NCBI GenBank assembly: GCA_013265495.1 | Contig: MU058039.1 | Location: 1,180,591-1,229,606 of the forward strand | Source: Vicugna vicugna | Lineage: Eukaryota | DNA: 49,016 nt | Direction of reading: 5' to 3' | Shown here: piece by piece, positions 42,201 through 49,016 of the stretch | Numbering within the stretch: the first letter of the stretch is position 1 | Layout of the letters: every line of letters begins with the position of its first letter | The notes under the pieces: generated by a model | Told to the model about the DNA's origin: nothing | The model's input: the letters and a program-made list of their open reading frames with translations, nothing else | Databases searched by the model: none | Position numbers and translations under genes: made by a program

Positions 42201-43092
42201 AAACTCAGAGGAGGAAATATTCACAATACATATATTTGGCAAAGGTCTCTATCCAGAAAATATAAATAATTCTTATAACTAAATAATAAGAAAACAATCT
42301 AATTAAAATGGGCAAATGATTTGAACAGACAATTCTCAAAATAGAATATACAAATGGCCACTAAGCACATGAAAGGAGGCTCAACGTCAGTAGTTACAGG
42401 AAAATGCAAATTAAAACCACAGTAAGATACCAATACACGCCCACTGGAATGGCTAAAATGAGAACGAACAAACAAAAACCTGACAATACCACGTATTGAT
42501 GAAGATGTGACATACTGTAACTTCTACATATTGCAGGAAGAAACGTAGATGAGTAGAAGTACATCGGAAAACAATTTGACAGTTTCTCTTAAAGTTAAGC
42601 GGACAAGGATCATATGACCCAGAAACTTAACTACTGAGAATTTAACATATGTCCACACAAAGATTTGTTCATACCATCCTAATTCATAATCACCAACAGT
42701 GGAAATAACTCAAATGTCCATCAACAGGTGAATGGATGAACAAACTGTAGTGTGGTCATGCGATGGATTACCACTCAGACAAAAAGAATGAATTACTACT
42801 CTATGCAAATATCTGAATGAACCGCAAAACCATCATGCTGAATGAAAGTAGCTAGATTTTAGCCAGACAGAAAAAAAAATGTTTTACACTGTTAACACCA
42901 AGTTTTAGAGCATGAAAGACTAATTGAGGATGATAGTGAGCAGACCAGCAGTTGCCAGTTGCCAAGGGTGCTTGTAAAGAGGTGATGGAAATATCCCGTG
43001 CCTTGACTGTGGTTCTGGTCCCCAAACCATATGGATTTGTCAAAATTCATGGAGCTGCACACTTGGAAAGGGTGAATTTTATTGTACATTCC
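39268..43092 (+). mobile_element. Old L1M element (~3.8 kb; decayed ORF2 and 3' UTR)
   Basis: Endonuclease start WIKKQDPTTCCLQKT; RT-region ccaggaatgcaaggttggtttaac; aatgcaaattaaaaccaca; 3' end aaagggtgaattttattgtac; no long open frame. Confidence 0.92.
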
Positions 43093-43539
43093 CAAGCTGT
43101 GGAATCATATTCACCTGGCTCTGGTCCCTGCTCTACCACCTACATGATGTGTGACCTTGAACATACATCAGATGCCTCATTTGCAAAATAAGAACAATAA
43201 GAGTCTCTACCTCAGAGGATCGTTTTAAAGATTGAAAGAATGATTAGCACAATGACTAACATACAGCAGAGACTCAGGAAATGTTACCTAAATAGGTATA
43301 TAAATAAATACTCCAATTTTCCTCAACAAGTACACTGTAGATAAATTATTATAGAAAAATGACTAGGAAAAATCACACTAATATACCAAGAGTGATAATT
43401 TCAGAGTGATAAAATTGTACATGATTTAAAAATTCTTGTTCAAAACCACACAGTAAGTATGCATATGTTTTATAATCAGAACAGAGTTTATTTAAAAAAA
43501 AGGTAGAAATCTATCAACATCTTAAAAATACTATGTAAA

Positions 43540-44050
43540 AGCTATCAACATCTTAAAAATGTTAAGTCTTCCAATCCATGAACATGGGATGTTTCCATTT
43601 ATTTATATATTAGTTAATTTCTTTCAGCAATGTTTTATAGCTTTCCTTGAATGTGCCTTTCACCTCCTTGGTTTATTCCTAAGTAGTTTATTTTTTTGAT
43701 GCTATTGTATATGGGTATTCTTTTTTTTTTTTTTAATCTAGGGGGCAGGTCATTAAGTTCATTTATTTATTTACTTACTTAAAGGAGGTACTGGGGATTA
43801 AACTCAGAACCTCGGGCATGCTAAGCATGCACTCTACCAATTGAGCTATACCCTCCCCCCAGACATTTTTTCTTAACGTCCACTTTTTATTGTTTCTTGT
43901 TAATGTACGGAAATGCAACTGATTTTTGTGTGTTGACTGTGTGTGCTGTTACTTTGCTGAACTCATGTGCTAACTAGTTTTTGGGTTTTGTTCTAACATT
44001 TGGAGGAGGGGAATCTTTAGGGAATTCTACATATAAGGGCATATCATACA
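43540..44050 (-). mobile_element. Reverse L1 ORF2 fragment interrupted by a SINE
   Basis: cttccaatccatgaacatgggatgtttccattt...aaatgcaactgatttttgtgtgttga. Confidence 0.75.
43722..43860 (-). mobile_element. tRNA-derived SINE (Vic-1-like)
   Basis: poly-T, atttatttattt, ggaggtactggggattaaactcag...gcactctaccaattgagctataccctccccc. Confidence 0.85.
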
Positions 44051-45740
44051 TGTATGATATAGATCATGTGTATATATTTTTTGAAATGACAGAAAGTTTT
44101 AAGTACAATACAAACTTCGTTTTATCCTGAGCCATTTATGAATACTTTACTCTGTATTTTATACAAATAAGAACATTCTTCACTATACGTACAGTAAGAC
44201 AGAGGTGAAAGCCAGGAAGTCAACACGGATGAATCACTGCCATCTAACGGAAGAACCCAACCATCTTTACCAGTTGTGCCAATAATGCCTTACTTTTCAC
44301 CTTGTTTTTTGAAAGTTGTACCGCTTTGATATATTACCTTTACAACTATTTTTAATGTTCAAAAACTACATGGCACACACAACTAAAATACAAATTACTT
44401 CATTTAACAGTGAGCCCTGGAGTTCCAATGAATGCTGTATTTTCTCAGGTCTCTGACAGGCAGAGGAGGACCTCTCACTAAACACTAGAAGGGCCAGGCA
44501 TGGGGAAGGGTAACTATAGGTGGAGGTTTACGAAGTGACGGAAAAGTCTGGGACCTGGGTATCCAGGCTGGGTGGTTCCACAGGATTTTGCACCCCTCTT
44601 CAGGCTAAACAAAGGATAACAGACCCTAGATCCTGGACCGATTGCTAGGATTGTAATATTGGGAGTGGCCACGAGGGAGCGACATGTCACTGGCTTCCCA
44701 AGGTTCCCAGACGGAAGGAAGCCCAGGACACAACCCTCCAGGGACACAGCTCCAGACTTTCCCGGACTCAGGACGCAATCCGCTGTGAGCTGCTGGCACC
44801 CAGCCACCCGCCGGGCTCCGTCTACAGCTGGGAACCACCGCCAATACGAGCGCCTCGCCGAGGGTGCGGAGCCGGGGAACTCTCTCGTAGCCTCGGCTCC
44901 TCTCCCCGCCTAACGCGCCATTCAGGGGCGACCGGGCGACCCCCCTGAAACAAGAAAATCCCCAGCCCCTGGCATTCGGGGGTGCCTGGGCGTCTGTTTG
45001 TAGCCCCGCTCGCCCTTCCCCCCTGGAACCCCTCTGATAGGGCCAGGGTCTCCCAGCCATCGGGTGAGCACAGGTGGAAGAAACTCCGAACGGCCTTCTT
45101 GACAGCAGCTGGGCCCAAAGAGCTAGAGCCTTCGCGTCGAGGTTCCTTCCACCGGGCAGCTGCCGCTGCAGTGCGCGTCTGCCCCGGGGCGCGAACTGGC
45201 GGGGCCTGCCCCAACTTGGGGACAGGTGGGAGGGAGGCGACGCCCCGACCCACTTCCCAGAAACTCCCAGAGCTAACCGTCTGCAGCCTTGGGGAGGCCC
45301 AGATAGTGGGGGAAGGCGAGATGAAGGTAAAGGCAGTGCAGGAACCCTGAGATTCACGCACCATCTCCGCGAAGCTGGGGTCTCCAAGGGACCTGTTTGG
45401 AGACCAACCAATTGGGAGGCGCCCCCTGCGGAGCGGGTGCCAAGGGAGGACTCGGCTTGGGCTTTTCCAAACTGCCTCAGGTCACCCGACCCCGTTACAA
45501 CCTGGCTGCTTTGCCGAATGCTGCAGGAAGGCGAGCCAAAGCCCCACCCCTACCAGACCGCGACCCTCCTGTGGCCTCCCGAGACAGAAATGGCCCAGAG
45601 AGATCCACGCCCGGATCCCGCCCCGCTGCGGAATCGCTGTGTGACTCTTAGTCAGTGTCTTAACTGCTTTGAACCTACTTTCCTCATCCATATGAAGGAG
45701 CCACAGACACACACGAGGCGCACAGATAAGCGGCTAAGAC

Positions 45741-45746
45741 TTTATT
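45741..45746 (-). terminator. LGALS7: LGALS7 polyadenylation signal AATAAA
   Basis: TTTATT on +, ~50 nt after the stop, followed on - by GT-rich TCTGTG...GTGTGTGTCTGTG. Confidence 0.85.
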
Positions 45747-45796
45747 TGCCACCCAAGACCCCTGCGCCCCACCCCCACCCGCGCTCCTGGAAGGGC

Positions 45797-45910
45797 TCAG
45801 AAGATCTTCACCAGCTCCAGCTGCAGGTCCCCGCCCACCTCCAACGCGCGCACGCGCGCCGGCGGGATGCGGTAGCGGAAGTGGTGGTATTCCGAGTCCC
45901 CGACCACAGC
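45797..45910 (-). CDS. LGALS7: LGALS7 exon 4 coding (114 bp with TGA)
   Basis: gtgcag|AVVGDSEYHHFRYRIPPARVRALEVGGDLQLELVKIF*. Confidence 0.96.
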   Translation of the reverse strand, partial: AVVGDSEYHHFRYRIPPARVRALEVGGDLQLELVKIF

Positions 45911-46611
45911 CTGCACAGGAGAGGGGACATGGCTTATGGGTCCCGAGGCCACTGCCAGGTTATTCCCAACTTGGACTCACGCTGCGTGACCTGGGCACCC
46001 ACGGGCCCCTTCGGTCCCCAGGCCCCATTGGGCAAATACTGTTCATCCTAACCCCTTGCCGTGAGGATTAAATGAGCTCATTGTTGACACGTGAGTGCTT
46101 TTTAAGCATTGGAGGTGGATGTTGTGACCACGATCCCTGCATTCACCACCTGACTCCTGATGCGCAGATTGAAAGTGAAGAATAGCCTGTGTGATGAAGG
46201 GTCTGCAGCGACCATTCCCTGCTGAACCTTGTTTCTGGGTCCTGTCTCCCAACCCATCCATGCTCCTGCCCCTGAGCCTCCACCACAGACTCAAGCAGAC
46301 AGGCAATAGGGTCGGGGATGAAAGTCTGGGCCACGTCTCACTCCCCTCCTCCCTGACGCCCTCCCCTGACACCTACCCTTTGGTCACTTGGCTCTTGCTC
46401 TCTCGCCTTGCCACGGCCACACACCTGCCCTCAGGCACTAGTGCGCTTGCGCCAGAGATTAGTGCGCTTGCACCAGGGGAGGTGAGGGCCTGGGGATGCC
46501 CTGCCCAGCCTGGGCCGCACCTTTGCTCTCCACCTCGCCCCAAGGGCCTTCCTGGCCTTCCCAAGGGAAGAGACCTGGGTGCTGGCACCCACCCCTGTGG
46601 CAGAGACGCAC

Positions 46612-46813
46612 CTTGAAGCCCTCTTCGGTGGCGATGAGGAGCACGTCGAAGGGCTGCCCACGCTGGAAGGGAATGCCCGAGCCCCGCTCCTCTTGGCCCC
46701 AGGCGCCGCGCTCCAGGGTGTTGAAGACCACGGTGGACTCATCCAGCCGAGGATTGAAATGCAGGGCGGCCTCACCGCCCGGCTCCTCACTGCACAGCAG
46801 GTTTACATAGAAC
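46612..46813 (-). CDS. LGALS7: LGALS7 exon 3 (202 bp)
   Basis: taccag|FYVNLLCSEEPGGEAALHFNPRLDESTVVFNTLERGAWGQEERGSGIPFQRGQPFDVLLIATEEGFK|gtgcgt. Confidence 0.96.
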
Positions 46814-47604
46814 CTGGTAGGTGATGGGGGAAGAGGACGCCTTGGAAAGAGGTTCTGGACCAGCACACCAGGACTTACCTTTTTCCAGAGCACGAACAAA
46901 TTTACAGGGACCTGGACTGTCCCACACACCAGTGAAGGACGGGTTGTAGACTGGAAGCCAGGGAGCCCAGATTCCAGGCCATCCAAAAACCGATTGGGGG
47001 CCTGCACACACATCTGCTAGGCGAGGGTGACTAAGCTGTGGCCTGGGTCCCCCTCATTTCCAGAGTCTGGAGTTGCCAAGGAATCAAGCTCCTGAAGACC
47101 AGGGTGCTCCCGATTCCCAAGGCATCCTCAGTTCCCAGAGGGCTAGGACGCATACCAGGGACCCCAGTATGCCCAGGCAGCCTAGACTCCCAGAAATCCT
47201 GAAGATCCCGACCCAGGAAGTCATATGATTGATTGGCTAGGCTGCCATTTACCCAGCCTCTGGCCTGCCCAGCATGTGCAAGAGGCCAGGGATCTCAGGG
47301 CACCTCCAATTCACAGGACAATTCCAGAATTCCTGAGAACTCAGACTGAAACTCACAGGACTCTAGGTAGGAACCGTGGATTCCTCTGGGACCTGCAATT
47401 TCTTAGAATAATGTCGACTCCAGGCACACAGTCGTGGGACAGGTAAGTGAGGACATCAAATTCCAGGTCAGAAGTAACTCAGGGATTCCAAGACCCACGT
47501 GGGCAAAGTTAGCCTGGGGCCCTGGGCTCTGGGCTGGAAGAAGTGGGATCAGCTGAGCCTGGAGACCTCCCCCCACCCTCCCACACCGAGGCCGGGGCTC
47601 TCAC

Positions 47605-47693
47605 CTGCCAGCCTTGTCCGGGACAACGCCACGAATTCTCAACACGGTACCGACTCGGATGCCCTCGGGCAGAGAGGTCTTGTGGGGCACGTT
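47605..47693 (-). CDS. LGALS7: LGALS7 exon 2 (89 bp)
   Basis: ctgcag|NVPHKTSLPEGIRVGTVLRIRGVVPDKAG(R)|gtgaga. Confidence 0.95.
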
Positions 47694-48097
47694 CTGCAGC
47701 AACAGGGGTGTGGGGGCCAAGGTGAATCAGGGAGGCGGAGGAGAGACACAGATGGGTCAGCTCCAGGGGGAGAGTGACCGGGACCCAGACCAGCAGAATC
47801 CGAGAGAAGAAAGGGCACAGAGACAAAGGAATGAGAGCCAAGGAAGGGAAAGAGTTGGAGAGAGGAACACAAAGTCAACAGAAAAATGTCCTAAGAGCTA
47901 GAAGGCAAAAGGAAACCAGCCAAGGGGGAGATGGGAGCATGGGGACGGGTTGGGTCAACCCAGAAACCACAGCCCAGAACTCCATAGCACAGCCTAGCAC
48001 CCACTTTCTCCGCTGAAACAGCCTGGTCCCCCCTCCCCGGGTCTGGGCAGCCTTGGGTCCACCCCCCACAAACATCCAGGGCCCCTGAAGCACTCAC

Positions 48098-48112
48098 GAA
48101 GCTCCCTGCCAT
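48098..48112 (-). CDS. LGALS7: LGALS7 exon 1 coding (MAGSF)
   Basis: Strong Kozak ccagccATGG; TTC|gtgagt donor, phase 0 matching exon 2. Confidence 0.85.
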
Positions 48113-48164
48113 GGCTGGGACAGCGGGACGGGCCGGGTGGCGGCGCTGCCAGGGATGGCTGCTG

Positions 48165-48245
48165 GGGCCTTAAGCAAAAGCAGGGCGCGGCTGGCCCTGT
48201 TGACTCACCCTCACCCCTTTCCACACCCACCGCCCACACCTGGCA
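48165..48245 (-). promoter_or_regulatory. LGALS7: LGALS7 proximal promoter: TATA-like TGCTTAAGG, AP-1 site TGACTCA (48201-48207), CACCC/GC boxes
   Basis: Motifs lie 55-130 bp upstream of the ATG; AP-1 plus KLF/Sp sites are typical of keratinocyte genes. Confidence 0.6.
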
Positions 48246-48763
48246 CCGACCCTGGCCCTGGGGCCATGCTGGCCCCCCGCACCCTCTGTCTAAGGCCTCT
48301 GACACTCCGGCAGTCCCTGAGGATTCCCAGGTGTGCTGCCCTCCTCTTTTGAGCTAATAATGGTAGGAACAGTTCATAATAATAAAAATGTCAACAACGT
48401 AGGAGGCTCATGGAGCCCCCATCCTACCAGCCCTTCCTTCCTGCTGCCCGGTGGCGAGAAGACTCTCAGGCCCATCTCATCATGGAAAACTTGAGTCCCG
48501 CGAGGCTAAGCTGTGGGCTGGAACTCGGGACCCCTCTCTCTCCCAGGTTAGGACCTGCTGCCCAGGGCTAAGGATGTGTCTCCACCAAAATTCCAGTTTA
48601 TGCTTCTGAAATATAATAACCATGGCAACAATGGTAATAATAGAAAAGGGAGCGCAGAGGGGCAGGCTAGTTTGCTGATGGTCAAGGCTGTGTGCCTGGT
48701 GCCTGGTGCAGTGCCCGGCCCACAGCAAGTGCTCAGTAAATATGGGTGAAGGAGGGAATCCAA

Positions 48764-48925
48764 AATGACAATAGCTGCCTTTTACCAGCCTCTGGCCTGC
48801 CCGGCGTGTGCAAGAGAGCAGTGATCTCATACAGCCATTGAGGGAGAGGCATCGATCACCCTTATTTGACAGGTAGGAAACTGAGGCTCAGAAAGGAGAA
48901 GCAATTTGCCCCCAAAACACATCTG
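48764..48925 (-). mobile_element. Diverged MIR SINE upstream of LGALS7
   Basis: cccttatttgacaggtaggaaactgaggctcagaaagg...aatttgccc MIR core. Confidence 0.65.
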
Positions 48926-49016
48926 TGCAATACCATGGGGACCGTGGCTCTGGCTTCTTCATCTCTGGAAGTTCCTGTCTGCTTTTTTCTGTTTCTGTAA
49001 ATGCCCTAGTCTGTCT

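Larger units (their letters stand above)
44790..45950. promoter_or_regulatory. CpG-rich island over and downstream of the LGALS7 3' end
   Basis: Visibly dense CpG/GC sequence against the AT-rich flank; not computed. Confidence 0.6.
45797..48112 (-). other. LGALS7: LGALS7 (galectin-7) gene, 4 coding exons, 139 aa
   Basis: 15+89+202+114 = 420 nt open frame. Galectin carbohydrate-binding motifs HFNPR, VVFN and WGQEER are intact. Confidence 0.96.

Noticed and set aside
43508..43562. 19-bp direct repeat CTATCAACATCTTAAAAAT (and small duplications at 34681-34704 and 40600-40642)
   Set aside because: Local slippage duplications within or beside decayed repeats; two copies only, with no array or CRISPR-like structure.
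45379..45405. Hairpin GGTCTCCAA-N9-TTGGAGACC
   Set aside because: A 9-bp stem is within chance for 49 kb and too short for a pre-miRNA.
45074..46051. 325-aa + strand ORF antisense to LGALS7 exon 4, and overlapping minus ORFs at 44626-45411
   Set aside because: Non-ATG starts, GC-rich sequence with few stops, no recognisable domain, and several overlapping frames open at once.

Overview
Mammalian genomic DNA, probably camelid (four tRNA-derived SINEs resemble Vic-1), syntenic with human 19q13.2. It holds three intron-containing genes. (1) The 3' part of ACTN4 on + (exons 6-21, stop at 20798, PAS 21903-21908), including both mutually exclusive exon pairs 8a/8b and 19a/19b. (2) All 21 coding exons of CAPN12 on - (ATG 33321, normal stop 22417), tail-to-tail with ACTN4 and predicted to overlap its 3' UTR. 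(3) A complete LGALS7 on - (139 aa). A ~7.5 kb AT-rich block of L1, MLT and SINE debris lies between CAPN12 and LGALS7. The most notable observation is in CAPN12 exon 12, which ends in an in-frame TAG (27911-27913) and has no GT donor at the expected position, while the other 20 exons are intact. This predicts a 527-aa calpain lacking the penta-EF-hand domain, a recent null allele, or an assembly error. Other points of interest are the splicing architecture around ACTN4 exon 19, an MSR1-like minisatellite in CAPN12 intron 1, a TSD-flanked L1 just upstream of CAPN12, and a 57-bp duplication shared between LGALS7 intron 2 and its upstream region. I found no wholly new biological system. Exon boundaries were read by eye from GT/AG sites and phase, using remembered orthologue proteins; repeat boundaries are approximate.
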